Notes: a model not told the origin generated them from the sequence alone. DNA of 64,000 nucleotides from Gemmatimonadales bacterium (GCA_965249575.1 OZ252244.1:1856001-1920000); one strand, 5' to 3'. Positions 8,937-20,287 are shown, counted from the stretch's first letter. Numbers and translations are program-made.

Positions 8937-11066
8937 TCAGCCGTCGGCGTAGAACCGCTCGCCGGCCTCCGCCATTTGTACGAGCCTCGCAGCCGGTGCG
9001 AAGCGCTCACCGTACTGTTCCCTCAGCCGTTCGAGGGTATCCACGGCGTTGGCGGCACCGATGTCGTCGAGGTAGCGAAAGGGCCCGCCGCGAAACGGCG
9101 GGTATCCGATGCCGTAGATCGCGCCCAGGTCGGCGTCGCGCGCGCAGCGGACCACCCCTTCACTGAGCGCGTGCACCGCCTCGTTCAGCATCGAGTACAC
9201 CAGTCGGGGCTGGATGTCCGCCTGCCGGACCGAGACACTCGGTTGCGCTTCAACGAGCCCGTAGATGCTCTCCTCGACCGCGCGCCGCTCGCCCCCTTCG
9301 TATCGATAGAAGCCCCGTCCCGCCTTCCGGCCGAGCCGGCCGTCCTCCACCAGTCGGCCGATCCCTCCCATGGGACGCATTCGATCCCCGAACGCCTCAT
9401 GAAGGACGAGCGATGCTTTGTGTGCAACATCGAGACCTACTTCGTCGAGCAGTGTGATTGGGCCGACCGGAAAGCCAAAACGCGTCATTGACTTGTCGAG
9501 CTGCCCCACGCGAACCCCTTCGAGGAGAAGCCACCCCGCCTCGTTGAGGTAGGGCCCCAGGATCCGGTTCACCCAAAACCCCGGCCGGTCTCGCACGACG
9601 ATCACCGTCTTCCCCATCCGTCGACCGAGGGCAACAGCCGTCGCCGTCGCATTCGCCGCGGTCGTTTCCGTCACGATCACCTCGAGGAGCGGCATCTTTT
9701 CCACTGGGGAGAAGAAGTGCATGCCTACGACCCGCTCGGGATGTTCCATAACCGCGGCTATCCGCTCAATCGGTATCGTGCTGGTGTTCGACGCCACGAC
9801 GCACTCGGGCCGCACGTGGGATTCGAGGTCGCGAAAAACCTTTCGTTTGACCTCGAGATCCTCGTAGACCGCCTCTATGACGACATCGGCCCGCGCAAAG
9901 CCTGCCCAATCGACACCACCCGATACCAACCGCTCGAGCCGTTGATATTCATAGCGCGTAATGCGTTTCCGGCTGCGCCGGTTCTTGAGCAACGCACGGG
10001 CGCCTTCGAGTCCTTTGGCCACTCGGTCCAGGTCGGAATCCCGCAGGCGCACATCCACCCGTGCATTGGCCGCAGTTACTCCCGCGATTCCGGCCCCCAT
10101 GAACCCAGCTCCAACGATGGCCACGTTCTGCACGTCGCGGGGCGGCTGCGCCGTCGGTGCAGCTCCGGTGTCCTTCTTGAGCGCCGTGGTCGCGAAAAAA
10201 ATCTGGACCAGTTTTCTGGACACGGCGCCGACGGCGAGATCGGCGAACGACTCCGCCTCGCGATCGAGTCCGGCCTCAATCCCCCGTTTGAGCCCATGGG
10301 CCACCGCTTCGAGCGCGGTGATCGGCGCCGGATAGTGGCCCCGAGTCCGCGCCAGGACCTTGCGCTTGCTCATCGAGAAGAGCACGGCACGTCCCAGTGG
10401 ATTGCTCTCGAGCACCAGCGCCATTCCCCCACGGCCCCGGCGTCTCGGCCGCCATCCATCTGCGAGCCTCCGCGCCGCGCTCATTGCCACGCGGTCAAGA
10501 ATCGAGGGGTGGACCGTCTCGTCGACGATGCCGAGGTGCTTCGCCCGATCCACGCTCACGGTCTTGCCGGTCAGGATCAGCTCGAGTGCCCGCTGCGCGC
10601 CAATCAACCGGGGTAGCCGCTGGCACCCGCCCGCCGCCGGGATGATTCCCAGCTGCACTTCGGGGAGGCCGATCGTGGTCTTAGAGGTGGTAGCCGCCAC
10701 GCGATACGAGCAGGCGAGGGCGACCTCCATTCCACCTCCGAGGCAGGCACCATCGATGGCCGCCACGACCGGCTTCCCCAAGTTCGCGAGTCGATTGACT
10801 AGGTGCTGCCCACCGCGTACCAAGCCCTCGGCCTCAGATCGAGACGCGAGCGCCACGAACTCGTCGATATCAGCCCCCGCAATGAAGCTCCCCGCCTTAC
10901 CGGAGATGAGGACGACCGCGCGGACAGTATCGTCTCGTTCGAGCTCGTTCAGGATCGGATCCAGCTCGTGCCTGACAGCCCTAGTGATCTTGTTGACTGG
11001 TTCGCCCGGCAGGTCCAGGCTCAACCGGACTATGGCGTCCCGCGCGGTCCTCGTGAACGCGCCCAT
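8937..11066 (-). CDS. fadJ: Fatty acid oxidation complex alpha subunit (enoyl-CoA hydratase / 3-hydroxyacyl-CoA dehydrogenase)
   Basis: FIAGADI, GGGMEVALAC, LPEVQLG, GAGFMGAGI, SNTSTIPI, GMHFFSP; TGATG coupling to fadI. Confidence 0.92.
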   Translation of the reverse strand: MGAFTRTARDAIVRLSLDLPGEPVNKITRAVRHELDPILNELERDDTVRAVVLISGKAGSFIAGADIDEFVALASRSEAEGLVRGGQHLVNRLANLGKPVVAAIDGACLGGGMEVALACSYRVAATTSKTTIGLPEVQLGIIPAAGGCQRLPRLIGAQRALELILTGKTVSVDRAKHLGIVDETVHPSILDRVAMSAARRLADGWRPRRRGRGGMALVLESNPLGRAVLFSMSKRKVLARTRGHYPAPITALEAVAHGLKRGIEAGLDREAESFADLAVGAVSRKLVQIFFATTALKKDTGAAPTAQPPRDVQNVAIVGAGFMGAGIAGVTAANARVDVRLRDSDLDRVAKGLEGARALLKNRRSRKRITRYEYQRLERLVSGGVDWAGFARADVVIEAVYEDLEVKRKVFRDLESHVRPECVVASNTSTIPIERIAAVMEHPERVVGMHFFSPVEKMPLLEVIVTETTAANATATAVALGRRMGKTVIVVRDRPGFWVNRILGPYLNEAGWLLLEGVRVGQLDKSMTRFGFPVGPITLLDEVGLDVAHKASLVLHEAFGDRMRPMGGIGRLVEDGRLGRKAGRGFYRYEGGERRAVEESIYGLVEAQPSVSVRQADIQPRLVYSMLNEAVHALSEGVVRCARDADLGAIYGIGYPPFRGGPFRYLDDIGAANAVDTLERLREQYGERFAPAARLVQMAEAGERFYADG

Positions 11067-12358
11067 CAAGCTCGCTCCAAGACCATCGCGAATCCCATCC
11101 CACCCTGCGTGCATACCGAGATCAGGCCGAACTGCACGTCGCGGCGACGCATTTCATTGGCAAGGGTCAGTGTGATGCGTCCGCCGGTGGCGCCAAACGG
11201 GTGCCCAATGGCGATCGACCCCCCCATCACGTTCAGCGTGTCCCGGTCGATCCTTCCAACCGGGCTGGATCGTCCGAGTTTCTCGCGAGCCCACGCTTTG
11301 CTCTCGAACGCCTGGAGGTTCGATAGCACCTGAGCGGCGAACGCCTCGTGCATCTCGACCAATCCGAGCTCCTCCCATGGGATACCGGCGCGGTCGAGAG
11401 CAGCCGGCACAGCGAATGCGGGCCCCATCAACAGCTGCTCGCCGGGATCGAGGGCGGCGACGGCGTAGGACCTGATGAATGCCAAGGGCTCATAGCCGTG
11501 ACCCCGAGCCCTTTCCTCGCTCATCAACAGCACGGCCGACGCACCGTCGGTCAGCGGTGAGGCATTCGCCGCGGTCACCGAGCCGTGGCGCCGATCAAAA
11601 ACAGGCTTGAGCTTTGCCATCTGCTCGAGGCTCGTGTCTTCCCGGATACCGTTGTCACTGGTAACGACACCACCGCCCGGCAAGAAAACCGGAGCGATTT
11701 CCTCGGTGAGACGACCATCTTTCGTCCCCGCGGAGGCCAGCTGGTGGCTGCGGAGCGCGAATGCATCTTGATCTTCGCGCGAAATGCCGTTGAGTTTCGC
11801 CATCTTCTCGGCGGATTGCCCCATCGTTTCGCCGGTCGACGGCTCGGCTATGGCGGGACTGACCGGTATGAAATCCCTTGGGCGGAGCTTTGAGGCAACT
11901 CTTAGCCGCTGGACCGCCGTCCGCGCCTTGCTGAGTCCAACCAGGATGTCCGCAAAACCGCGAGAGTGAAGGATCGGGATGTCCGACAGGCTCTCCGATC
12001 CACCAGCTACGATTACATCGGCGTGCCGAAGCCTGATTTGGTCGTGTGCAGCTACGATGGCCGCATTGGCGGAGGCGCACGCCCGATTGATTGATGCGGC
12101 CGGGATCGAGCGAGGAAATTGCGGTAGGAGACTCACCTCCCGCGCGATGTTGGGCACGAGCACACTCGGCACGACCTGACCGAAATACATCTCGTCGACC
12201 GTGGATCCGTCGAGTTCGAGGCGGTGCACCAGCTCGAGCGCGGCGCGGCGCGCCAGGCTGACTGCGGTCAAATCCTTGAGTTCGGTACCGGCCTTACAAA
12301 ATGGCGTCCGGCACCCTCCTATGACGGCGACTCGTCGGCCGTTTGACGCATCCGGCAT
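11066..12358 (-). CDS. fadI: Acetyl-CoA C-acyltransferase (thiolase)
   Basis: INRACAS, HEAFAAQ, GHPFGATG, SVCTQGGMG. Confidence 0.93.
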   Translation of the reverse strand: MPDASNGRRVAVIGGCRTPFCKAGTELKDLTAVSLARRAALELVHRLELDGSTVDEMYFGQVVPSVLVPNIAREVSLLPQFPRSIPAASINRACASANAAIVAAHDQIRLRHADVIVAGGSESLSDIPILHSRGFADILVGLSKARTAVQRLRVASKLRPRDFIPVSPAIAEPSTGETMGQSAEKMAKLNGISREDQDAFALRSHQLASAGTKDGRLTEEIAPVFLPGGGVVTSDNGIREDTSLEQMAKLKPVFDRRHGSVTAANASPLTDGASAVLLMSEERARGHGYEPLAFIRSYAVAALDPGEQLLMGPAFAVPAALDRAGIPWEELGLVEMHEAFAAQVLSNLQAFESKAWAREKLGRSSPVGRIDRDTLNVMGGSIAIGHPFGATGGRITLTLANEMRRRDVQFGLISVCTQGGMGFAMVLERA

Positions 12359-12409
12359 GGTGGTCAGACCCCCTAACTGGGGCTGGGTAGGCCCTCTTGT
12401 GCTGGGAAG

Positions 12410-12991
12410 CTATGGTATCGCATCATTCGCTCGGCGTTGCGCGAGGACGCTAGCGACCGCCATCGGGCAGTCGTCGGCCACGTCGTGAGCTTCGCGCTCA
12501 AGCAGAATCTCAAGCGGATCGACGAGCTCGAGTAACTCCCCGTGCTTGAGGAGATGATCATCAGACTTCGGCCCCCAGCCGTATTGGCGCTGCACGTTGA
12601 GAAAGGTCTCGAACAGGAAAAACCCACCGGGCCGGACCGCGCCGAGGATGTCCCCCGTGCGCTGCCTATCGAGGTAATAGAACATCATCACGATATCAAA
12701 AGCGCGCACGGGCAAGGGATAGTTCCTAAGATCGGCTTGTACCCAATCGACTGTCAGTCCGGCCCGGTCGGCCATGGAGCGGGCTCTATCGAGTTTGTCC
12801 GTGTCGACGTCCACGGCGACAACCTGCGCGCCCAGTTCGGCGGCTGCAATCGCGTGCCTCCCGGTCCCGCAAGCAAGGTCCAGCACGCGGTAGCCGGGCT
12901 TGATCACCGCGGTGTGCCAGGCAAACCAGACGCTGGGACGGGGCGGCGGCGGGGGCGGGGGCGCACCCTCTGACGGGCGTGGACTCTCCAT
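12410..12991 (-). CDS. Class I SAM-dependent methyltransferase (TehB-like)
   Basis: VLDLACGTGRH, VRPGG, LLKHGEL. Confidence 0.85.
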   Translation of the reverse strand: MESPRPSEGAPPPPPPPRPSVWFAWHTAVIKPGYRVLDLACGTGRHAIAAAELGAQVVAVDVDTDKLDRARSMADRAGLTVDWVQADLRNYPLPVRAFDIVMMFYYLDRQRTGDILGAVRPGGFFLFETFLNVQRQYGWGPKSDDHLLKHGELLELVDPLEILLEREAHDVADDCPMAVASVLAQRRANDAIP

Positions 12992-14667
12992 TTTCTCAGG
13001 CGACTCGGGCCACGCACATCGCGGCGATGGCGGAGGGGCCGGTCGACCTGCTCGTGATCGGCGCCGGAATCACCGGGGCGGGCGTCGCGCGCGACGCCTC
13101 GATGCGTGGAATCCGGACGGCGATCGTGGATAAGGACGACTTCGGGTCGGGCACCAGCAGCCGCTCATCACGGCTTATCCACGGCGGGCTCCGATACCTG
13201 GAGCACCACGATTGGCGGCTGGTGTTCGAAGCCAGCCGGGAGCGGCGAGTGCTCCTTGCGATCGCGCCCCACCTCGTTTGGCCCAGATCATTCCTCATCC
13301 CGTCGTATTCGAGGAGCCGGCTCCCCCTGTGGAAACTCGCCGCGGGGCTGTGGCTATACGACCTGCTTGCGCTCTTTCGCAATGTGCGCGCCCACAGAAT
13401 GCTGGGCAAGTCGGGACTCCTGCGCGAAGAACCCGGCCTGCGAGAGCGGGGCCTCAGGGGCGCCGGCCTGTATTACGACGCCCAGTGCGACGACGCACGC
13501 TTGACTCTGGCCAACGTACGGTCCGCCCACCGACACGGCGCGCTGACGGCGAACTACGTTGGGGTTACCCGCTTGGAGATCGCCGACGGCACCGTGCGCG
13601 GCGCGCACGTAATCGACCGCGTGACGGGGTCCGAATTCCTCGTGCGGGCAGCCATACTGGTCAACGCCACTGGCCCCTGGTCTGATGAGGTGCGTGGGGC
13701 GACGACTGACGGGGCGGCACTCAGGCGCACGAAGGGGGTTCACGTTGCAGTTCCAAGGCAGCGGCTTGGGAATCAGCACGCCTTGGCAATCCTGTCCCCG
13801 ATCGACGGGAGGCTGGTGTTCGTGGTTCCGTGGGGAGACCTATCCTACATCGGAACGACAGACACGGACACCGCCGAAAGCGCCGACAGCGTAAGGGTGG
13901 AGGGATCGGACGTGGTCTATCTCCTGCGCTCGGTGAACGCCCTGTTTCCAAACGCGCGGCTCCAGCCCGACGACATCGTGTCCACGTGGGCGGGGGTCCG
14001 GCCTCTTCTCGCCACCGGAGACCCCTGCGATCCCAGCAGCGTATCCCGGGAACACCGCATCATCGAATCCGACAACGGGCTCATAACCATCGCCGGCGGT
14101 AAGCTCACCACCTATCGGGTGATGGCGAGGGACGTCGTCAACCGAGTGCGTGAGCGCCTACGCGCTCTCGATGGGCGGAAACTGCCGCCGGGCACCGACA
14201 CTGCAAGGGAACCACTGCCGGGTGGGGAGGTGCGGGACACTGCGGTGCTCGTCGAGGAGGCCGAGCGCGAGGGGTTCCCCCGAGTCGTAGCGGAGCACCT
14301 GGTAAGAGCATATGGCGCCGAAACCCCCGCCATCACACGACTCGCTCGGTCGGATGTCGCTCTTTCGGAGCACATCGTTCCCGGCCATCCGGCGCTTCGC
14401 GCCGAACTAGTTCACGCAATGCGCCGAGAGATGGCCATGACACTCGGGGACCTCCTCATACGTCGAACCCACGTCTTTTACGAGACCTCGTCGCGGGGAG
14501 CGGAGGAAGCCACTGTCATCGGAGACCTAGCGGCCAGAGAACTGGGATGGAGCGACGACCGGCGGGAGGCGGAGTTGGCGGCCTATCTCAGCGAGATCCA
14601 GCGAACTGAAGCCTTCCAGTCCGAGATGGAAAGCTCGGAAACGTTCGTGCCGAATCAGCGCCCTTGA
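12979..14667 (+). CDS. glpD: FAD-dependent glycerol-3-phosphate dehydrogenase
   Basis: [40 protein letters not shown]. Confidence 0.92.
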   Translation: MDSPFSQATRATHIAAMAEGPVDLLVIGAGITGAGVARDASMRGIRTAIVDKDDFGSGTSSRSSRLIHGGLRYLEHHDWRLVFEASRERRVLLAIAPHLVWPRSFLIPSYSRSRLPLWKLAAGLWLYDLLALFRNVRAHRMLGKSGLLREEPGLRERGLRGAGLYYDAQCDDARLTLANVRSAHRHGALTANYVGVTRLEIADGTVRGAHVIDRVTGSEFLVRAAILVNATGPWSDEVRGATTDGAALRRTKGVHVAVPRQRLGNQHALAILSPIDGRLVFVVPWGDLSYIGTTDTDTAESADSVRVEGSDVVYLLRSVNALFPNARLQPDDIVSTWAGVRPLLATGDPCDPSSVSREHRIIESDNGLITIAGGKLTTYRVMARDVVNRVRERLRALDGRKLPPGTDTAREPLPGGEVRDTAVLVEEAEREGFPRVVAEHLVRAYGAETPAITRLARSDVALSEHIVPGHPALRAELVHAMRREMAMTLGDLLIRRTHVFYETSSRGAEEATVIGDLAARELGWSDDRREAELAAYLSEIQRTEAFQSEMESSETFVPNQRP

Positions 14668-15821
14668 GGATGAGTGGATGCGCCATCGAAGTACTCTTGG
14701 GCTTCGGCGGCCCGTCCGTCACGAAATGCGCGTGAGTCCCGATATGCCTTCACGAGCCGGTCCATCAATTCGTTACGGTGGTCATAGAGGCGCTTGAGGG
14801 GACGCGGCTTTCGCTGCTGAAGAGCATAGGCCGCAAGTAACGGAAACCCGACGGTGGAGTCGAGGTAGCACACGACTGCCGAGGGGAGCTTCATCGGATC
14901 GACCTTCCCCCAACTCACGGCTTCTCCGGGAGTCGCACCCGACAAACCGCCGGTGTCCACCCGAGCGTCGGTGATTTGCAGGTAGTAGTCGTGACCCTTC
15001 TCCTGAATACCGAGAACCTCCTGGATTTGCGGCTCGGTCTGGAGAATGAAGTTCTTGGGACTTCCGCCGCCGATCATCAGGACCCCGCTCTTGCCACGTC
15101 CCGCCTTTGCCCCAAGGACGATAGCGGCCGTCTCGTTGACGTCAGCGGAAACGTCAAATCGTAACAGTTGCCCGTCCAAGGCCTGCTCGGCCACGTTGAG
15201 GCCAATGGACGAATCTCCCGGCGACGAGGTGTAAATGGGAACGCCACAAGCGTGCGCGATTCCGAGAACGGACTTCCGCTCGAGCCCGAGGGCCTGCTCG
15301 CGCTCGTGGAGATACCCACCGAGCAGGTAGTGATACTCGGCCGTCGACATGGTACGCTGAAACTCATCCCGTTCAGACACTTCGCGGAGGTATTGATCGG
15401 TGCTCAACAGCACACGGAAATCGAAGAAGATGTCGTAGATGCGCACTATCCCCTCCGCGTGCAACTGGACGTCATCAGCAAAGGGGGTCCCCTTATGCAT
15501 CGCTAGACCCAACCCGAAGTGCGCGTCGTGATAGAGGTTCGCTCCGGTCGACACGATCCAATCCACGAAGCCGGCCTCAATTAGCGGGACGATTGTGGAC
15601 ATCCCGACCCCGGCGGGCGTCATGGCTCCGGAAATGCTCATGCCCACGGTCGCCTCATCGTCAAGCATGTGCCGGGCGAAAAGTTGGCATGCCTCCCGCA
15701 GCCGACCACCGTTGTATGCCAGGAAGGCGTTGTCGATCAATTCCGATACCGATTCCTCACCAGTGATCGGTTCGGGGTCGATTCGAGGCCCTCGCAGGTG
15801 GCGTTCGGGATTGGCTGGCAT
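14655..15821 (-). CDS. Deoxyhypusine synthase-like protein (probable homospermidine biosynthesis)
   Basis: [47 protein letters not shown] Shine-Dalgarno. Confidence 0.9.
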   Translation of the reverse strand: MPANPERHLRGPRIDPEPITGEESVSELIDNAFLAYNGGRLREACQLFARHMLDDEATVGMSISGAMTPAGVGMSTIVPLIEAGFVDWIVSTGANLYHDAHFGLGLAMHKGTPFADDVQLHAEGIVRIYDIFFDFRVLLSTDQYLREVSERDEFQRTMSTAEYHYLLGGYLHEREQALGLERKSVLGIAHACGVPIYTSSPGDSSIGLNVAEQALDGQLLRFDVSADVNETAAIVLGAKAGRGKSGVLMIGGGSPKNFILQTEPQIQEVLGIQEKGHDYYLQITDARVDTGGLSGATPGEAVSWGKVDPMKLPSAVVCYLDSTVGFPLLAAYALQQRKPRPLKRLYDHRNELMDRLVKAYRDSRAFRDGRAAEAQEYFDGASTHPQGR

Positions 15822-15834
15822 GCTGCCGTCCTTT

Positions 15835-16560
15835 CTATCGACTGGCGGCCCCAGCGTCAAAACGCCGCCGTGATTCGAGTATGAGTTCCACCGCCTCGCG
15901 GGGGTCGTCCGTAACGTGGGACGGGCGCAGGTCCGCACCGGTGATGTTCCGGGCGCCCGCGACTACCTCGGTGAGCCACGCGACAAGACCGTTCCAGTAG
16001 CGTTCCCCCATCAGCACAACCGGGAAGTCGCTGATCTTTCCAGTCTGAATCAGCGTCAGCGCCTCGAAGAGCTCGTCGAGGCTGCCGTATCGTCCAGGGA
16101 AAGCTACGAACGCACTTGCATACTTAACGAACATCGTCTTTCGAACGAAGAAGTACCTGAAGTTGATCGACCGGTCGAGATAGGAGTTCGGCGTCTGTTC
16201 GTGGGGAAGCTCGATGTTCAGCCCGATCGAGGGACTACCGGCTCGACGGGCGCCTGAATTGGCTGCCTCCATGATTCCCAGGCCCGCTCCGGTAAGCACG
16301 GTGAAACCGGCCTTGCCAAGAAGTCCGGCGGTCAGGACCGCGAGCTCATACCACCCGTCCCCAGGGTGCGGGCGGGCGGAGCCGAAGATCGCGACCGCTC
16401 GTTCGACATCGGACAGCGCACTGAAGCCCTCACTGAACTCCTCAGTGATGCGTGACACCCGCCACGCGTCCGGGCGGGCGGACGCGCGTCGTTCGGGCGG
16501 TGGGTGGGCCTCGAAAAGGCACTCATCCTCGGTACTCGAGCGGCTGGACGGATGCTCCAA
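15835..16560 (-). CDS. LOG / TIGR00730 family Rossmann-fold protein with degenerate motifs
   Basis: [40 protein letters not shown] in place of PGGxGTxxE. Confidence 0.85.
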   Translation of the reverse strand: MEHPSSRSSTEDECLFEAHPPPERRASARPDAWRVSRITEEFSEGFSALSDVERAVAIFGSARPHPGDGWYELAVLTAGLLGKAGFTVLTGAGLGIMEAANSGARRAGSPSIGLNIELPHEQTPNSYLDRSINFRYFFVRKTMFVKYASAFVAFPGRYGSLDELFEALTLIQTGKISDFPVVLMGERYWNGLVAWLTEVVAGARNITGADLRPSHVTDDPREAVELILESRRRFDAGAASR

Positions 16561-16561
16561 C

Positions 16562-17728
16562 TCAGACCTCGAGGGCTTCGATGGCGGCGGCGTTGTCTTC
16601 CGTGACGTTGTAAAAGAACGGTGACATCCGCACGTGCCCTGGTCGGGCGTCGGTAATGATGCCGCGGGCCGCGAGGCGAGCGACCGCGGCGCTCGGGTCG
16701 GGCGCGGGGATCATGACGATGGCCGATCGGGTGTCGGCCTCTGGAGCGACTTTGGGTACGTATCCGGCATCCCGCGCCCGGGCGATCAGATCCTCGGTCA
16801 GGCTCTGGACGACGGGGCGGATGCGGTCCACCCCGATCTCGTCGATGATATCGAGTCCTCCGAGCTGCGAGTACACGGCCGCCAGCGGCGGCGTACCCTG
16901 CTCAAAGCGGCGGGCGTCGGCGTGCCAGTCGATGTGCCTGGGATCGAACTCGAATTGCCGCTCGTGCGCGAACCAGCCGGTGACCGTGGGGACGTATTGA
17001 CGGATGATCTCGTCCCGAACATAAAGAAAAACGATGCCGGTCCCCCCAAGGAGCCATTTGAGGCCGCCGGCTGTCAGGAAATCGACTCCAGTGGCTGGTG
17101 CGTCGACCGGCACCTGCCCTACGCTCTGGTAGGCATCGACGAAGCAGAGAGCACCCTTGGCATGAGCGGCGTCAGCAATCGCACCAATGTCCTGAATCGC
17201 GCCGCTCGTAAAGAAGACGTGGGACGTCGCGACCAAAGCGGTGCGCTCGTCGATGGCATCGGCGATGGCGTCCACCGGCACCGAGATCCCATCCGGGCTC
17301 TCGACGATCTCGATCTCGACACCCGACCGGGCCTTCGCGAGCCACTGATAGGCAACAGTTGGAAAATCGAGGGACGTCGTAACGACCTTTGGTCGCTTGG
17401 TGTAATCCAAGACACTGGCTAGCACGCCCGTCGCCGTAGACACGGAGGCATGAAGGGCGATCTGCTCGGTTCGGGCACAAACGACGCCCGCGTACCTCTC
17501 GCGAAGGTCACCGAGGACTCCCGCCCACGTGTCGTACCAGGCTGCGGCGCCACGGCGGTCCCATTCGTCCAAGAACTCACCGAGGCGGATCCGCGAGCGG
17601 CGGGACAACGCTCCCAATGAGCAGGAGTTGAGATACACCGAGCGTTCGAAGATCGGAAACTCAGACCGGTAAATCGAGAGGGAATGCTCCCGCGTGCTGT
17701 TCGTCGTGGGACTGGGATGGCTGTTCAT
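16562..17728 (-). CDS. Class V PLP-dependent aminotransferase (kynureninase / cysteine desulfurase-like)
   Basis: YLNSCSLG, DAYQSVG, GGLKWLLGG, RFEQGTP, SPFFYN. Confidence 0.87.
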   Translation of the reverse strand: MNSHPSPTTNSTREHSLSIYRSEFPIFERSVYLNSCSLGALSRRSRIRLGEFLDEWDRRGAAAWYDTWAGVLGDLRERYAGVVCARTEQIALHASVSTATGVLASVLDYTKRPKVVTTSLDFPTVAYQWLAKARSGVEIEIVESPDGISVPVDAIADAIDERTALVATSHVFFTSGAIQDIGAIADAAHAKGALCFVDAYQSVGQVPVDAPATGVDFLTAGGLKWLLGGTGIVFLYVRDEIIRQYVPTVTGWFAHERQFEFDPRHIDWHADARRFEQGTPPLAAVYSQLGGLDIIDEIGVDRIRPVVQSLTEDLIARARDAGYVPKVAPEADTRSAIVMIPAPDPSAAVARLAARGIITDARPGHVRMSPFFYNVTEDNAAAIEALEV

Positions 17729-17871
17729 CGAAGGAGCTGCCTCCGGGTTGGTCACGCAGGTGCAAGCAACGGCCGCGTGTTGCCCGCGTCGGTCACCGCG
17801 ACCCAATATACAAGTGGTGAGAGAGCGGAGTCAGGGAAGGACCGGGGCACCGAGAATGGATTCGGGAGGGA

Positions 17872-18219
17872 GTGACGATGCCGGCTAGTGCCTCAACAGA
17901 CAGTAATGCAGCGCATGGGGAGCCGTCGAACGGCGTAAGGGAGAGCAGTCCGCCACCGGCTCTTCGCTCTTGGGGCGGGCTTGTGGCCCGACTCGCACGC
18001 GGGGCGCTACTCAGACCCACCGTACTGCTGGATCTGATTGCGCTTGCGTGGGCCTTTCGGGCGTGGGCGTGGTATCGGAAGGCGCCGTTCTTGCCGGTGC
18101 CCCCGCCGGAGTACATACGCTGGAGGATGATGACGGCGTACGGCGACGAGGACGCCATTCCACCGGTTGAAGACGTGCTTCGGTTTGCCCGCTGGCGGCG
18201 GGATCTGCTCCGCTCATGA
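17872..18219 (+). CDS. Hypothetical protein coupled to queG
   Basis: WYRKAPFLPVPPPEYIRWRMMTAYG; ATGA overlap with queG. Confidence 0.7.
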   Translation: MTMPASASTDSNAAHGEPSNGVRESSPPPALRSWGGLVARLARGALLRPTVLLDLIALAWAFRAWAWYRKAPFLPVPPPEYIRWRMMTAYGDEDAIPPVEDVLRFARWRRDLLRS

Positions 18220-19181
18220 CCGCCGCCCAGCGATCACACCGGATAAAGGCTCGAGCCGCCGCGCTGGGGTTCGATGCGGTGGGAATCACGGACCTCTCAC
18301 CCCCACCACACGCCGAGCGGCTCGTTCGCTGGTTGCGAGACGGGTTTGCTGGGGACATGCGCTACATGCACAGGCAGGCTAACCGGAGGCTCGACCCTGC
18401 GTTGATCGTCAAACGCGCCACACGAGCCGTCATGCTCGCGCGTAACTATTTCGTGCCCGATCCGCCGGAGCTTGGCGAACGAACGGGAGCCGTTGCGAAG
18501 TACGCGAGAGGCACGGATTATCACCAGGCGCTCCGAGAGCCGCTCGAAGCGCTTGCGTGCGACATAAAGGCGGTCGGTAGCAGCGGAGCGTTTGCAGAGT
18601 ATTACGTGGACGGCGGACCGGTGCCTGAGCGGGAACTCGCGCAACGGGCGGGGCTGGGGTGGATCGGGAAGAACACGATGTTGATCGACCCAACGCGGGG
18701 ATCGTACTTCTTCTTGGCGGCCGTACTCACGAACGTCGACTTAGAGATCGATCGCCCGTTCGAGTCGGATCGGTGCGGGACTTGCCGGCTTTGCTTGGAC
18801 GCCTGCCCGACGGATGCCTTCATCGACGAGCGTGTGCTCGACAGCCGGCGATGCATTTCTTATCTCACGATCGAGTACCGAGGAGAAATCGACCGGGCGT
18901 TGGCACCGCTCATGGGGGACTGGGTGTTCGGATGCGACATCTGTCAGGATGTGTGTCCGTGGAACGAGAAGTTCGCCCAAACGGTCGACGACGACGCTCT
19001 GGGACAGGATGGCTCCATGGCCCGTCCGCGACTGGATGACTTCTTCAAGATGAGCGAGAGAGATTTCGACGAGCGCTACGGCGATACGCCATTTGAGCGC
19101 CCCGGGCTCACGGGAATGCGAAGAAATGCCCAGATCGCGCTGGACAACTCAGACAAGGGCGTGCAGTGCCCCACACAGTAA
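18216..19181 (+). CDS. queG: tRNA epoxyqueuosine(34) reductase
   Basis: YARGTDYH, AGLGWIGKN, CGTCRLCLDACPT, CISYLTIE, GCDICQDVCPWN. Confidence 0.95.
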   Translation: MTAAQRSHRIKARAAALGFDAVGITDLSPPPHAERLVRWLRDGFAGDMRYMHRQANRRLDPALIVKRATRAVMLARNYFVPDPPELGERTGAVAKYARGTDYHQALREPLEALACDIKAVGSSGAFAEYYVDGGPVPERELAQRAGLGWIGKNTMLIDPTRGSYFFLAAVLTNVDLEIDRPFESDRCGTCRLCLDACPTDAFIDERVLDSRRCISYLTIEYRGEIDRALAPLMGDWVFGCDICQDVCPWNEKFAQTVDDDALGQDGSMARPRLDDFFKMSERDFDERYGDTPFERPGLTGMRRNAQIALDNSDKGVQCPTQ

Positions 19182-19459
19182 CCAATCCGGCCCTTAGGGA
19201 GCGCTTGAGCGAGATACAGCGGCGCCTCAGCGATGGGCTGGCGAAGGTCGACCCCCATCACCGGCTGCGGGGACGGCCAACGAGCTATCAGGTCATCTCG
19301 GGGGAGACATTTGAGATCGTCTATCGTGACGTGTCGCGAATCGATGAGGCCGAGGTGCTAGGTGTCAAGAAAGTGATTGGAGAGCAGTGTTTCTGCAGCG
19401 TCACTCCCCAAACCGCCGAGACGGTTACGGTCAGGTTCGTGGTGCCTCTTCGAGGTTAG
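19166..19459 (+). CDS. Hypothetical protein
   Basis: 97-aa ORF overlapping the queG end; protein-like composition. Confidence 0.7.
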   Translation: MPHTVTNPALRERLSEIQRRLSDGLAKVDPHHRLRGRPTSYQVISGETFEIVYRDVSRIDEAEVLGVKKVIGEQCFCSVTPQTAETVTVRFVVPLRG

Positions 19460-19483
19460 TCGCAGCTCAGCTGGGGAGGAAGA

Positions 19484-20242
19484 TCACAATCCCGTGGGGT
19501 GATCTATGAACTCCCACGGCAAATCGAACCGGTCTTGGAGGTGGGCAGCGAGGGCCTTCACCCCGACCGTTTCCGTTGCGTAGTGACCCGCGAGTATCAA
19601 GTTGAGCCCCAACTCCTCGGCCTCCAGGTAGGTGTAATGTGGTCCCTCGCCGGTGAGAAGGGTGTCGATGCCGGCAGCCCGCGCTTCGCGCAGGGCAGAC
19701 GCGCCCGCGCCCGTCACGATTCCGATCCGGCTGATCCTGGCCGGGCCGGTTTCGATCACGCGGGGCGCAACACCGAGCTCCCGCGTGATCCGTTCCCTTA
19801 GTTCGGTTCGCTCGACATCCAAGCTCCCGGCAACACCTATGGACGTCCCCTGATACTCGCCGAACGGCGTCAAGTCCGTTGTGCCCAGCCGGCCGGCGAG
19901 CACGGCATTGTTGCCGACCGTCGGATGGCAGTCGAGGGGTATGTGGGAGGCGTAGAGGGCGATTCCGTGGGCCAACAGGGTGCGAAGTCGTTTGAAATGC
20001 TTCCCAACAACCGGCTCGAGACCCGACCAGAACAGTCCGTGGTGCACGATCAGAAGGTCCACACTGGAGGACCGGGCGAGATCGATCGTGGCCTGACACG
20101 CATCGACCGCTGCTCCGACCCTCGACACCCGCCCAACTGACTCCACTTGGAGCCCGTTTAGCGCCTGTGGCTCGTCCGGCAGCGACCCTATTCGAAGATA
20201 GTCGTCCAGATAGGCGACAATGTCTCTAAGCGAATGAGGCAC
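19484..20242 (-). CDS. Nif3-like dinuclear metal centre hexameric protein
   Basis: NGLQVE, VHHGLFW, HIPLDCH, GHYATE, DHPTGL. Confidence 0.93.
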   Translation of the reverse strand: MPHSLRDIVAYLDDYLRIGSLPDEPQALNGLQVESVGRVSRVGAAVDACQATIDLARSSSVDLLIVHHGLFWSGLEPVVGKHFKRLRTLLAHGIALYASHIPLDCHPTVGNNAVLAGRLGTTDLTPFGEYQGTSIGVAGSLDVERTELRERITRELGVAPRVIETGPARISRIGIVTGAGASALREARAAGIDTLLTGEGPHYTYLEAEELGLNLILAGHYATETVGVKALAAHLQDRFDLPWEFIDHPTGL

Positions 20243-20287
20243 AGAGAGTTACTGGCGTACCGCCACCAACGCGACACCGTCGCTGCG

